64,000 nt of DNA from a virus (lineage: Duplodnaviria > Caudoviricetes). The notes beneath the pieces are model-generated. The model searched no databases. It was not told where the DNA came from and saw only the letters and a program-made list of their open reading frames with translations. The DNA lies in the IMG/VR virus record IMGVR_UViG_3300036045_000316, positions 585-64,584 of that record, one strand, 5' to 3'. The translations under genes were made by a program, and so were the position numbers. Below are positions 19,862-29,782 of the stretch, in pieces (the stretch's first letter is position 1; every line of letters begins with the position of its first letter).

Positions 19862-19866
19862 CAGTC

Positions 19867-20583
19867 ATGCCGACCCTCGCCAACCTCGCCGTTTTCGAGG
19901 CAAGCGCCCTCCCCCGCCTTCAGCAGCCGATCCAAGTCTACTACCGGACGCTGGATCAGGTGGGCAAACCGTCGCTGGAAGCACGGGTAGCGCAATCGCT
20001 TGCCCGCGTCGAGATGGAGCGTCTTCTCAGGCAACTGCACACGGAGGCGGCGCTCATCGGTGCAAACGGAACACTTGATCCCGATCAGCGCGGCATCCTA
20101 CGCGACATCATCTCAAACGATCTGCGCTACCTGAATCGTTTCATGGATGCCCTACCGACGCTCACCCGCGCTCAAGCATTGGCACGTTGCCAAGCGTACC
20201 TGACCACGCTCCGGCACACGGCGAACGAGATGGCGGCGCTCAAGCTGCCTTGGTTGCCTGTGTACCCGGGAGATCGCCACAACCTGATCTGCAAGTGGCA
20301 CTGCAAATGTGCGCTCGACATCAAAAAAGTGAACGGCGTGGGCAATTGGGATGTTTACTGGCAGCGCAGCGCCCGCGAGAGTTGCTCGACCTGCCGCGCC
20401 CTCGAAGCGGCATGGCGACCACTGCGAATCAGGGGGGGCAAGATCGTCGAGGGGCAGTCGCTATCGAAGGCAAGCGAGATTAGGGCGATTAAGGCGGTGT
20501 TGGGATTGCTTGACAAGCAACCGACACCGACGCCAGATCACGTGATCACTCCGGCAGCAGACCTGCGGCACACCGCCGCGTGA
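19867..20583 (+). CDS. Head morphogenesis (MuF-like) protein
   Basis: YL.RF...RCQAY, PG...C..HCKC and ESC.TC motifs; lies between portal and capsid genes. Confidence 0.7.
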   Translation: MPTLANLAVFEASALPRLQQPIQVYYRTLDQVGKPSLEARVAQSLARVEMERLLRQLHTEAALIGANGTLDPDQRGILRDIISNDLRYLNRFMDALPTLTRAQALARCQAYLTTLRHTANEMAALKLPWLPVYPGDRHNLICKWHCKCALDIKKVNGVGNWDVYWQRSARESCSTCRALEAAWRPLRIRGGKIVEGQSLSKASEIRAIKAVLGLLDKQPTPTPDHVITPAADLRHTAA

Positions 20584-20627
20584 GCGCGACATAGATAGTA
20601 GAGAACAGAACAGAGAGGAGCATAGCA

Positions 20628-20972
20628 ATGACCGGCGTAGTAGGCGGACCACCCGTCACCAAAGAACTTTTGGAAGTGAGCAATACTTTCAGCACCAGCG
20701 GCGACCAAACCCTGATCGCCGCACCAACGACGCAAAGCCGCATCGTCATCACCCACATCGTCATCCAGAACACGACGACGACCTCGGCAACGTTTCTGCT
20801 CAAGCGCGGCTCGACGCAGTTCTTTGCCATGTTGTGTGAAGTGCAGGGCAAAGGGATCGCGTGGCGACTGGACGCGGGGCGCGAGTACCGTCTGCCGCCC
20901 AAAACGGCACTCGTGTTGAATCTAAGTGCCGCCGTCGCCTTCAATGTGACCATCTGGTACTTCTTGGAGTAA
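20628..20972 (+). CDS. Small beta-sandwich virion protein
   Basis: GAGGAG RBS; beta-rich sequence. Confidence 0.65.
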   Translation: MTGVVGGPPVTKELLEVSNTFSTSGDQTLIAAPTTQSRIVITHIVIQNTTTTSATFLLKRGSTQFFAMLCEVQGKGIAWRLDAGREYRLPPKTALVLNLSAAVAFNVTIWYFLE

Positions 20973-20982
20973 CTGCTCCCCT

Positions 20983-21498
20983 ATGCTGCGCCCCATCCCT
21001 ACACCCGAACACGCCGCCACTTTGCACGCGCTGCGCGGTATCTGCCACGACAGCGGACGCCCTGTGCGTACCGTATGTGTGGCAGAAATGGTCGCTTGTC
21101 CCGTCCGCACTACGCGGGATCGGATCGCACGGCTAGAGGACATTGGCTTGGTACGTCGGGTGGGAACGCGGGGCGGTTGGCTGCCTGCCATGCCGTTCGA
21201 GCAAGAGGACTTGATCCTCACCGCGCTGCGCGGCATCTGCCGCGACACCGGACGCCCTGCCCGCTGCGTGGCGGTGGCGGCGCGCTGCGCTGCATCGGAT
21301 CGGGAAGCCCTGCGCTGGATGCAGTATCTAGAGCGACTCGGCGTGGTGGAGCGCGTAGGCGTTCGGCGTGGTTGGTGTCCCGCCCCCTTCGCCCCCATGA
21401 CCATGACCACCGTAGAACACGATCCCACCGTCTCTCGTCCACCGCCAGCGATGCCGATGACTCTCCCCTTGAATGAGGCTTTGCCGATAGCGGTCTAA
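20983..21498 (+). CDS. Tandem winged-HTH protein
   Basis: Two copies of ALRGIC.D.GRP.R...VA......R......LE..G.V.RVG.R.GW.P. Confidence 0.7.
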   Translation: MLRPIPTPEHAATLHALRGICHDSGRPVRTVCVAEMVACPVRTTRDRIARLEDIGLVRRVGTRGGWLPAMPFEQEDLILTALRGICRDTGRPARCVAVAARCAASDREALRWMQYLERLGVVERVGVRRGWCPAPFAPMTMTTVEHDPTVSRPPPAMPMTLPLNEALPIAV

Positions 21499-21553
21499 AA
21501 ATCGTCGTATCTTGCGCGTACCTCTCTCTAGTATGGAAGATGAGGTATTCCGC

Positions 21554-24500
21554 ATGACGGCAGTTGCCAACAATTCTTACAAGTGGGACATTCCGCCGCA
21601 TTGGAACGGCGCATTGATCACTGGCGCGACGAACACTAGTGTGAAGATGTCGCCGCATCCCGGCGCAATGATTGCCCTGTACCCCTCGCCAGAAGTGGCG
21701 CTGCGGGTGAATGAGTTTGCCACCGCGATGACGGCGATTGAACCCACATTCACGCCCGCCCACGCCGCCGATCTGCACGTCACGCTCGTCTATCTCGCCG
21801 AAGATGCAAGCGCCATTGAGCGCGAGAAATACGAGGCGCTGTGGGAAACATTAAGCGCCGCCGTATTCTCTCCCCTCGTTGGTGCGCTGAACGGCATCGG
21901 ACGCTTCACCGATCCTGACTCTGGCGCGATTTACCTCAATGTGGATAGTCCCGCGCTGCCAGAGTTCCGCCAAAAGCTGATCGATCTCGTGAAGAGCGTG
22001 GGTATCACGCCAGTCGAGAATCACGGCTTCACTCCGCATTTAACCATTGGCTACGCGCCCGTCGATAACACCCAGATGGTACTGCCGACGGTGGAGGTGA
22101 TCCCCGTTGATTTCCAGCGCCTTGTGTTGGTATGGAATGGGGAGCGCACACAGTTCGAGGCGGCACGTCTTGATCCTGCTGCCGCAGAAGCCGCCCGCGC
22201 CGTCGTGGAGGCACAGACGGTGGAACAGATCGCTGATGAAGAAGCGATGGTCACACTCGTTGATGGCGAGGGCAAGACCATCAAGGCGCTGACGAGCGAG
22301 TTGCTCGTCTCCTACGGCGGCGCGATCAAAGCGATAGCCAGCACCGCCGTGTCGCCTGATGGCAATCCTATTATGCGCGTCGGTGGCTATGTTGTGCATT
22401 GGGGTTCAGAAGACGACAAAGACCTCGACGATCAGTATTTTGCGCCGGATACCGATTACTACCTTGGTTATTTCAGCACACGACCCGCCCTCTACCATCA
22501 TGGCATCGACCTCAAGGTGAAGGGGATGAAGGTCGGCACGATTGACCACATCCATGCAGACGATGTTGGTTTATGGGCAGAAGCGCAGATCGAACTCTAC
22601 AACGACTATGTTCGCGCTATTCACCAGATGGTCAAGCGCGGATTACTGAAATGGTCGTCTGGCGCACTGCCGCAACTCGTCACTGCCGCCAAAAACGGCA
22701 AAATCCTGACGTGGCCCATTGTCGAAGGGTCGCTCACACCTACTCCTGCCAAACCATTCGGGACGCTTATCGTCCCGGTTAAGGCGCTGAAAGCGCTGCC
22801 GCTGCCTGATCTGACTAAAGAGCTTATCGCTGAAGAGTCATCGGACGTGGAAGCTGCCCCTCAGCTAATGCCAGAACGGGAAACTTCGCCACAACATGAG
22901 CTTGAGCCTGAACACTCAATCATTTCGGCGAGGTTCCCTTCAAGTTCTAGTTCTAGCTCCACATCACTCGAAACGGCAGTGAACACGTCGTTAGTGACGG
23001 ACGCTGCCCCCAGCACCATAAACGAAGGTGAACCAATGACTCCTGAATCCTTACTCGTCATCCTCAAGGCGATGGCGGAAAAGTTAGGCATCCAGTTGGA
23101 TGAACAGCAGCAGCAAGCTGCACTTGAGGCGGCGCTGTCCGCGTATGGTCAGTTGGCAGAAACCGTCGCGCCCGTGAGCGCCGAAGAAGCCGCCAAGATG
23201 ACCGAAGAAGAGATCGCCAAGCAAGAAGAAGAAGCGGCGATGAAGGCGGTCCGCAACCCCGCGTTCTTGCAGCAGATCGCGCAGATCGTGCGCCAGTCCG
23301 TGCCCGTGCGCGAACCCGCGTTCGCGCCGACGCTCAAGACCGCCGTTGGTGCAGCCGTCGCTGCCCTGCCACCCGGTCAGTCGCAGACAGGCGCATTTCG
23401 CGGTAACGGTAACGGGAATGGCAATGGTCGCCAGCCGCATATTGAAGTGAGCAGCAAGTATGCTCGCTTGAGCGCCGAGGATATGAGCTTTGTCGCCCGC
23501 TTCATGAAGGCGATCAAGGCGCGGGATCAACAGGCATGGACGCCCGCCCCTGAATTCATGCGCGAACTTGTCGATAAGGCGGATCGCGCCATCAAGACTG
23601 GTGCTACTTACGAGAAAGAAACGCTGCGCGGCGTCAAGGCGTGGAAGGCGAACGAACTCAACTACAGCACGCTGGCGGCTGGCGGCGATGAGTGGGTGCC
23701 AACGATGTGGCTAGACCGCATCTGGGAACTGACGCGCATCGAGAATGTGGTCGCGCCGCAGTTCATGGAAGTGGACATGCCCTCGAACCCCTATGAGTTG
23801 CCTATCGAAAGCACCGACCCGACGGTTTCCCGCGTGGCGGAAACCAAGGACGAGACGCAGATGACGCTGGCAGCCAGCGGCAGCCCCATCCCCGACAGCA
23901 AAGTGACGACGGGCAAAGTCACACTTAACGCCGACAAACTGGCGTTGCGGGTGATGTTCAGTGAAGAAGTGGACGAAGATTCGATCATCCCCTTCGCGGG
24001 TCAACTGCGTAATCAAGCGCAGCGTGCCATCTTGGACGCCATTGACTTCGTTGATCTGAACGCCGACGACACCGCTTCAGGCAACATCAACCTCGACGGC
24101 GGTACACCCGCTGCGACAGACAAGTACAACGTCGTCTTCAAGGGCATCATTTACACCGGACTCGTCGCCAACTCCGGCAACAACAAGGTGGATATGGGCG
24201 GCGTCGCGCCGACGCTCCAGTACATCCGCGCTGCGCGTTGGAAACTGGCATCGCGCTACGCTTCACGCCCGCAAGACCTCGTCATCTTCTGCGACGCGGC
24301 GACCTACGCCAAACTGCTCAATCTGCCCGAATTCCTGACGATGGACAAGATCGGCGCCCAAGCGACCATCGTGACGGGCATGGTCGGGCAGATCGACGGT
24401 ATTCCGGTGCTGCTGACGAACGAAATGGCGCTCGCCGCCGCTAACGGCAAGGTCAGTTCAACGGGCACGAACAACACCTTCGGGCGCTTGGTATACGCGC

Positions 24501-24658
24501 ACAAGCCCAGCTTCTATCAAGGCTATCGCCGCCGCGTGACCGTTGATCTGGAACGGTTGTCGTACTACGACTCGTGGGTGCTGACGGCAACGGTACGTCC
24601 GGCGTTCGTCGCCCGCGATGCTACTTGTGCGTCGATCCTCTACAACATCGCTGTCTAA
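21554..24658 (+). CDS. Fusion: 2H phosphoesterase (Acb1-like) + HK97-type prohead protease + scaffold + major capsid protein
   Basis: LHVTLVYL and FTPHLTIGY 2H motifs; DLDDQYF, LYHHG, GLWAEA, WSSG, EGSLTPTPA protease motifs; GGDEWVP...GQIDGIPV HK97 capsid motifs. Confidence 0.88.
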   Translation: MTAVANNSYKWDIPPHWNGALITGATNTSVKMSPHPGAMIALYPSPEVALRVNEFATAMTAIEPTFTPAHAADLHVTLVYLAEDASAIEREKYEALWETLSAAVFSPLVGALNGIGRFTDPDSGAIYLNVDSPALPEFRQKLIDLVKSVGITPVENHGFTPHLTIGYAPVDNTQMVLPTVEVIPVDFQRLVLVWNGERTQFEAARLDPAAAEAARAVVEAQTVEQIADEEAMVTLVDGEGKTIKALTSELLVSYGGAIKAIASTAVSPDGNPIMRVGGYVVHWGSEDDKDLDDQYFAPDTDYYLGYFSTRPALYHHGIDLKVKGMKVGTIDHIHADDVGLWAEAQIELYNDYVRAIHQMVKRGLLKWSSGALPQLVTAAKNGKILTWPIVEGSLTPTPAKPFGTLIVPVKALKALPLPDLTKELIAEESSDVEAAPQLMPERETSPQHELEPEHSIISARFPSSSSSSSTSLETAVNTSLVTDAAPSTINEGEPMTPESLLVILKAMAEKLGIQLDEQQQQAALEAALSAYGQLAETVAPVSAEEAAKMTEEEIAKQEEEAAMKAVRNPAFLQQIAQIVRQSVPVREPAFAPTLKTAVGAAVAALPPGQSQTGAFRGNGNGNGNGRQPHIEVSSKYARLSAEDMSFVARFMKAIKARDQQAWTPAPEFMRELVDKADRAIKTGATYEKETLRGVKAWKANELNYSTLAAGGDEWVPTMWLDRIWELTRIENVVAPQFMEVDMPSNPYELPIESTDPTVSRVAETKDETQMTLAASGSPIPDSKVTTGKVTLNADKLALRVMFSEEVDEDSIIPFAGQLRNQAQRAILDAIDFVDLNADDTASGNINLDGGTPAATDKYNVVFKGIIYTGLVANSGNNKVDMGGVAPTLQYIRAARWKLASRYASRPQDLVIFCDAATYAKLLNLPEFLTMDKIGAQATIVTGMVGQIDGIPVLLTNEMALAAANGKVSSTGTNNTFGRLVYAHKPSFYQGYRRRVTVDLERLSYYDSWVLTATVRPAFVARDATCASILYNIAV

Positions 24659-24710
24659 CCCGGTGGGGCTGACCGAATAAGCCAGTTGAGCAAGGGAGGC
24701 TTCACAACAC

Positions 24711-25139
24711 ATGGGTAACAAAATGCTGGAACGCATCGCGGTGGACAAGTACATGATCGCGCTGCTGTTCCAAACGACCAACATCCCTGACGCTGCGGGG
24801 ACGATGAAGACGACGCAAGTGGACTCCGATGATTACGTGATGCCGTTCAAGGGTAGCATCGTCGGCTTGAGCATCCGCCAGAACGCAGCGCTTTCGGGCG
24901 GCGAACTGACCTTCAAGCCAACGCTGGCGGGCACGGCGGTCACGGGCACCGGCTTGAACTGCGTCCTCAATTCTTCCGCGCAGCAGGCGCATAAGAGCCA
25001 GCTTGCCGACATCGCTACCTTCACCTTCGCGGCAGGGGCGCGGCTCGGCATCGCGTGGACGAAAACGGGCACAGTGGCGGCGACGACCACTGACGCCGTA
25101 GCGACACTGTTCGTCTTGGTCGAAGTGGACGACTTATAA
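24711..25139 (+). CDS. Putative head decoration protein
   Basis: Directly after the capsid gene; GGGAGG RBS; beta-rich. Confidence 0.65.
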   Translation: MGNKMLERIAVDKYMIALLFQTTNIPDAAGTMKTTQVDSDDYVMPFKGSIVGLSIRQNAALSGGELTFKPTLAGTAVTGTGLNCVLNSSAQQAHKSQLADIATFTFAAGARLGIAWTKTGTVAATTTDAVATLFVLVEVDDL

Positions 25140-25191
25140 GCGCAAGCATTTCGTCGTCACTTACGAAGCTGAGAAAGAAGGAGATCAAGAC

Positions 25192-25659
25192 GTGATCGAA
25201 CTACCGAGTGCCTACAACGGACGACCTTCCGGCGGACTAACCATTCCGCCGGGTGTGTACGCCGACGATGATCCGCGCCTGCTCAATCTTGCCGAGTACC
25301 TCGTGGAAACGAGGCACGCTATCCGCGTGGGCACGTTTCCCGATGCCGCTGAAGTGGCTACGCTGGCGGGTAAAGACGCTCCCAGCGCAGACGGCGCGGC
25401 AGAGACGGCGGTTGCAGTGCCGCACGCAGCAGAAGGTGAGCCGAATGAGGGCGGGGTTTCAACGACTGGCACAGGCGCAAGCGACGAATCAGCGGTGGAT
25501 AACGCAACTGCTGAAGACGCCGAGCCTGTGGCGCAACCAGTGAACGAATCAGACGGCGCGGCTGAGAGCGCCACGCCCGCTGCTGACGCTGCGCCCGCTA
25601 AAGAAGAGAAGACGAATAAACCCGCCTCCACCTCCAAATCAAAGAGCAAGCAGGGATAG
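25192..25659 (+). CDS. Hypothetical protein with a low-complexity A/E/P tail
   Basis: AAGGAG RBS; typical small post-capsid gene. Confidence 0.7.
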   Translation: MIELPSAYNGRPSGGLTIPPGVYADDDPRLLNLAEYLVETRHAIRVGTFPDAAEVATLAGKDAPSADGAAETAVAVPHAAEGEPNEGGVSTTGTGASDESAVDNATAEDAEPVAQPVNESDGAAESATPAADAAPAKEEKTNKPASTSKSKSKQG

Positions 25660-25674
25660 AGGTAGCGGTCACTC

Positions 25675-26592
25675 GTGCCCAATCGTTACGCAACCATTGA
25701 TCAGGTCAAGCGGGAAGTCGATATGGATGGTGGCAGTACCACCATGACGACAGCGACCTACCAGTATCTGTGGCAGGCGTTGGAGTCCGTGTCGGCGCGG
25801 ATCGAGCGAGAGACCGCCCTTGAATTCGCGCCGCGCGTAGAGACTCGCTACTTTGATGCACGAGGGGATCACCTGCTGCGTGCCAGCTTACTCGACCTGA
25901 TCGCTGGACAGATCATCGATGTCAAATCGCCGCTGCTCGGTATCACATCGGTGACGCTGGGCGGTGACAGCGCCGCACTGGCGACGAGCGCCTACCGTGA
26001 ATATCCACGCGGCGTGACGCCGATCCAGATGCTTGAACTGATCGACGGCGATATATGGACGCAGTATGACACTACGTACCGCAACGCTCACGCTATCGCT
26101 GGACTGTGGGGCTACCGCACGCGCTATGCGACGGATGCTTGGAAGCTGGTGGACTCACTGACGAGTGCGGTGGCGAATACGTCGGTGGAAACGGTCAACG
26201 TCTCCAGCACGAGCGCGGTCACTGGCTATGGCTTGCCGCGCTTCTCACCGGGCATGTTGATCCGCATCGGCACAACGACGACGACGGAACTGCGCTACAT
26301 CCACACCATCAACAGCACCACGCAGTTTAGCGCCAGCCGCGCCGAGAACGGTACGACGGCGCAAACACCCGCGCAGGATACGGGGGTATGGGTGTTCCAA
26401 CCAGAATCCGCGATCCAGCGGGCGGCGCTGCGGTGGGTGGCGTACTTACAGCATCGACGAGCCAAGTTTGGCAACGTCACTTACGACGGCTTGACTACTG
26501 AGTCATTCCCGTCGGATATGCCGCAGGAAGTCCGCAACATTCTCGAAGAGGGTGGCTTCCTCCAGCGCGGCATGGCATGGAGAGCGATCTGA
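25675..26592 (+). CDS. Head-tail adaptor protein
   Basis: YATIDQVKR start, S..IERET...F, G.WGY, AIQRAAL...P.EV..IL motifs. Confidence 0.8.
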   Translation: MPNRYATIDQVKREVDMDGGSTTMTTATYQYLWQALESVSARIERETALEFAPRVETRYFDARGDHLLRASLLDLIAGQIIDVKSPLLGITSVTLGGDSAALATSAYREYPRGVTPIQMLELIDGDIWTQYDTTYRNAHAIAGLWGYRTRYATDAWKLVDSLTSAVANTSVETVNVSSTSAVTGYGLPRFSPGMLIRIGTTTTTELRYIHTINSTTQFSASRAENGTTAQTPAQDTGVWVFQPESAIQRAALRWVAYLQHRRAKFGNVTYDGLTTESFPSDMPQEVRNILEEGGFLQRGMAWRAI

Positions 26593-26593
26593 C

Positions 26594-27064
26594 GTGTACG
26601 AGCAGACGGTAAGGATCAAGGGCGATTTGTTCAAGTTGTTCGAGCAAGAGATAAAGACGGCGCGCACGAAGGTGCGGCGACTGCTCTTCCGCGTGGTCAC
26701 AGGTGAAACGGTCTTGCGGACGCTGCGCGGCTTGAGCGTCGAGCCGGGTAAACCTACCTATCCGATCCGCTGGCAGTCCGAGAAGCAGCGCCGCTATGTG
26801 ATGGCGAAACTGCGCCGTGAGCGTAACTTGCCGTACACGCGGACACACCGCCTCTCGCAAGGGTGGACGGCAGTGGTGGGGGAGGGCATGACGATCCAGT
26901 TCGTTAATCGTTCGCCCGCCGCTGCTTACGTGCAAGGGAAGCGACAGCAGATCATGCACAAAGGCAGGTGGCCGTATGCGCCGAGCGTGATCGCCCAAGC
27001 CGCGCCAGACATCATGAACGAAGTTGCCCGCCAGTACGCGAACACGTTCGGTAAGAGGGTCTAA
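26594..27064 (+). CDS. Neck/head-tail protein (HK97 gp10-like)
   Basis: YTRT.RL.QGW...NRSP.A.YVQG..QQ.MH..RW. Confidence 0.7.
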   Translation: MYEQTVRIKGDLFKLFEQEIKTARTKVRRLLFRVVTGETVLRTLRGLSVEPGKPTYPIRWQSEKQRRYVMAKLRRERNLPYTRTHRLSQGWTAVVGEGMTIQFVNRSPAAAYVQGKRQQIMHKGRWPYAPSVIAQAAPDIMNEVARQYANTFGKRV

Positions 27065-27083
27065 GCAGGTGAGGGAGTGACCG

Positions 27084-27554
27084 ATGGCTGATCGCTTGAG
27101 TGATGTTTTCGATAGGGTGGTGGCGTGCCAAAAGGAATTGAGCGCCAGTTGGACGAAAACGCCCAATGCCGTGCCCTATTTTCTGTACAATTCGTCGCAG
27201 TATCCCTATTGGACGAATCTGCTTGGTCCTTGGGCAACGACGAAGGACTCGGACGGGCGCACCATCTACCAGCACAACATCACCATGCAACTGACCATTG
27301 GAGCATCCACTGGCGGAGAGGCAGGCGAGTACGAACAGTTGGCGCGGGAGTGGACGGTGAGCGTGCAGGACTACTTCGCCCGTCGCCCGAACTTGAAGAG
27401 CACCGCATATCCCGATGGCGCGAAATGGCTGCGGGAAACGGCTTACATCTCTAACTCCAGCGGACTGCTGATCAATGAAGAGGCGTCCGGCAAGGAGTGG
27501 TACATGAACTTCAACTTAGTCATTGAACTCGGCATCCCGACGCCGACTTCGTGA
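27084..27554 (+). CDS. Putative tail terminator
   Basis: Position before the major tail gene; size. Confidence 0.6.
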   Translation: MADRLSDVFDRVVACQKELSASWTKTPNAVPYFLYNSSQYPYWTNLLGPWATTKDSDGRTIYQHNITMQLTIGASTGGEAGEYEQLAREWTVSVQDYFARRPNLKSTAYPDGAKWLRETAYISNSSGLLINEEASGKEWYMNFNLVIELGIPTPTS

Positions 27555-27578
27555 TCTGATCCACAAGGAGAATCAACG

Positions 27579-28436
27579 ATGGCACGAGGCTATCCCGTCG
27601 GCTTGGCGCGGGCGCTCATATGGACATATGTGCTGACCGGCGCACGCAAAGGCACGGCAATCGGACAGGGTTCCACAATCGCCAATGGCGCAACATCGGG
27701 GGCGTTCGTGCTGCCCGATGTCAAAACCGCCAATCTCGCCCCCGTCCCCGCAGAGACGATTGAAATTCAAGGCGGAGATCGCATCGTAGCGACCCCAGCA
27801 TTTGGCGGCGGCAAAACGTCACCATTCGAGATCGTGTCGTCAAGCATCGACACCGTGCTGATGGGGTTGATCGCGGGATCGAACGTCAACACGACCAACT
27901 CGCAGCATACCTACTTCGGTCCTAACCACAACCGCAGCACACCGCGTTCGCTCGGCTGTGCGATCCAACAACGCATCGAGATGAGCGATGGCAGCACCTA
28001 CTTCCTGACGCGCATCTTCCCCGTCTGCGGCATGGTCATTGGTGGCGGCAATGCCGCCTTCCGTGCGGGCAACGACAGCACCATCACGGTCAGTCCGGTC
28101 AACACCTCAACCGCGCTTGACGGACGCAGCTTCGGCTCAACAGGTCTGAACTTGGGGTATCAGGATGACATCGGCGACACCTATTGGCTGATCTCGCCGT
28201 ACCCTGTCTACTTCGTCACGTTCGCGGCAGACGGGACGGCGACGACGTTCAGCACGATCTACAAGCCCGTCTCCACGACGGTGACGATCAACGCCAGCGT
28301 CAACGAGATGGTCAAGAACGCCACCGTTACGGCACTGTCGGCGATCACGCTGGCGGGCACGGCTACGTTGGCGGCGGCAGGCACGGCAGCCGACCTCCAC
28401 GTGTTGACCTTAGGCACGGAATACGTACCCGTTTAA
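27579..28436 (+). CDS. Major tail tube protein
   Basis: Strong RBS, G/T-rich 285 aa, followed by a terminator. Confidence 0.75.
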   Translation: MARGYPVGLARALIWTYVLTGARKGTAIGQGSTIANGATSGAFVLPDVKTANLAPVPAETIEIQGGDRIVATPAFGGGKTSPFEIVSSSIDTVLMGLIAGSNVNTTNSQHTYFGPNHNRSTPRSLGCAIQQRIEMSDGSTYFLTRIFPVCGMVIGGGNAAFRAGNDSTITVSPVNTSTALDGRSFGSTGLNLGYQDDIGDTYWLISPYPVYFVTFAADGTATTFSTIYKPVSTTVTINASVNEMVKNATVTALSAITLAGTATLAAAGTAADLHVLTLGTEYVPV

Positions 28437-28440
28437 TCCT

Positions 28441-28477
28441 TGCTGATGGGAGAGCTACCTTAACTCTCCCATCAGTA
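28441..28477 (+). terminator. Hairpin terminator after the tail tube gene
   Basis: CTGATGGGAGAG...CTCTCCCATCAG. Confidence 0.7.
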
Positions 28478-28514
28478 TCAGTCTTGACTTGACGGCAGCG
28501 ACATAGGAGAGAAG

Positions 28515-28817
28515 ATGCCAAAAGTAGTGTTGACCGAAGAGCAGATCGGGACGCTATCGCCCGATCTGGTGCGCTATCCGCGCCTCGATGTGCAGGGGCG
28601 AGAATTCAACCGCCGCGAAGTGAATACGCGCAGCGTAGGACACAACCTGTTCGTGGTCATCCCCGCTGCCATCGACGGCGACGGCTGGGAATTCGTGTTG
28701 CCCGCTGCGTACAGCAACCCTGTCGCAACGGATACGGCGAATGAAGCCGACGCCAGCGCGGATACGGTGGTCGTTACGCCCGTTCCCGCGCCACCGTCCA
28801 ATGCAAAGACAAAATAA
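28515..28817 (+). CDS. Hypothetical protein
   Basis: AGGAG RBS. Confidence 0.7.
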   Translation: MPKVVLTEEQIGTLSPDLVRYPRLDVQGREFNRREVNTRSVGHNLFVVIPAAIDGDGWEFVLPAAYSNPVATDTANEADASADTVVVTPVPAPPSNAKTK

Positions 28818-28820
28818 GCG

Positions 28821-29276
28821 ATGCCAGTAGCCCGCCTTGAAGATCACCGCATTCGTGCAGGCATCCAGACCGTAGCGAACGTCACCAGTACCTACGCGGT
28901 GAAGAACATCGCGCTGGTGGCGGATCAAGCCCCGTTTGAAACGCCTTGGATCATCGCTTCGCGGTCAAGCATCCCGCTGCGCCGCGCCCGCTACAGCGAC
29001 AGCGCCGATAGCGGGGTGATCGCTGATGGTTATTGGATTTTCGAGTGGGTGATCAGCTACATGACTTTCGGCATGGTGAGCTACTGGAATACGACGTTTT
29101 ACCCAAGCAGTGTGGAGTACGCCGATGTGACAGTGATGACCTACGACCAGAACAATACCGCCGTATTCCTGACGTGCAAGGGCAGGCGGCTCAATTTCCC
29201 CCGCGACGGTGCGAACTGGCCCGGCGGGTATCGAGATGTCAGGATGCAGTTTGAAGAAGGAAATGTGATCACATGA
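28821..29276 (+). CDS. Minor tail protein (possibly distal-tail-like)
   Basis: Aromatic beta pattern, ends in VRMQFEE; function inferred. Confidence 0.55.
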   Translation: MPVARLEDHRIRAGIQTVANVTSTYAVKNIALVADQAPFETPWIIASRSSIPLRRARYSDSADSGVIADGYWIFEWVISYMTFGMVSYWNTTFYPSSVEYADVTVMTYDQNNTAVFLTCKGRRLNFPRDGANWPGGYRDVRMQFEEGNVIT

Positions 29277-29782
29277 CCGATAAACCAGAACAGGGAAGCG
29301 CTGCGACGGCATCTGTATCTACACCAGCGCCAACGCGCAGCATCCGTGACTATGTTCAGTTTCATTGCCTTGCCGCAACACTCGGCACCGAACTCGCGGC
29401 AAAGCGGATGTTTGAGGAGTTCAAGAGATTAGATGACTTCGATGAATCGCTGAGCGGTCATATGGATCTCTTGGCGACCATGTATACCTGCACAGAACGA
29501 GTCACCTTTACACTCGATGGTTCTGAACGCAACCAGGTACGCGAATTCCAGAAGGCATGGGAAAAACATGGCGGCAAAACGGCGGCGTTGTGGCAATTGC
29601 GGAAGAACATGCCGGATTTGCTGGTATCTGCGTGGATCACCGCCTTCAACGAAGCGCAAACATTGTTCGATGTGCCCATTGAGCAGAAACCGTTTAGTTG
29701 GTTGACGGCTGACGAGCAAGCGGAGGCACTGGACATCAACAGCCCTTTAGCCGTAAGCGCCGCCAATGGAAATTCAGCGTAG
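29273..29782 (+). CDS. Tail assembly chaperone (gpG-like)
   Basis: Precedes the tape measure gene; in-frame slippery site C CCT TTA at 29743-29749. Confidence 0.75.
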   Translation: MTDKPEQGSAATASVSTPAPTRSIRDYVQFHCLAATLGTELAAKRMFEEFKRLDDFDESLSGHMDLLATMYTCTERVTFTLDGSERNQVREFQKAWEKHGGKTAALWQLRKNMPDLLVSAWITAFNEAQTLFDVPIEQKPFSWLTADEQAEALDINSPLAVSAANGNSA

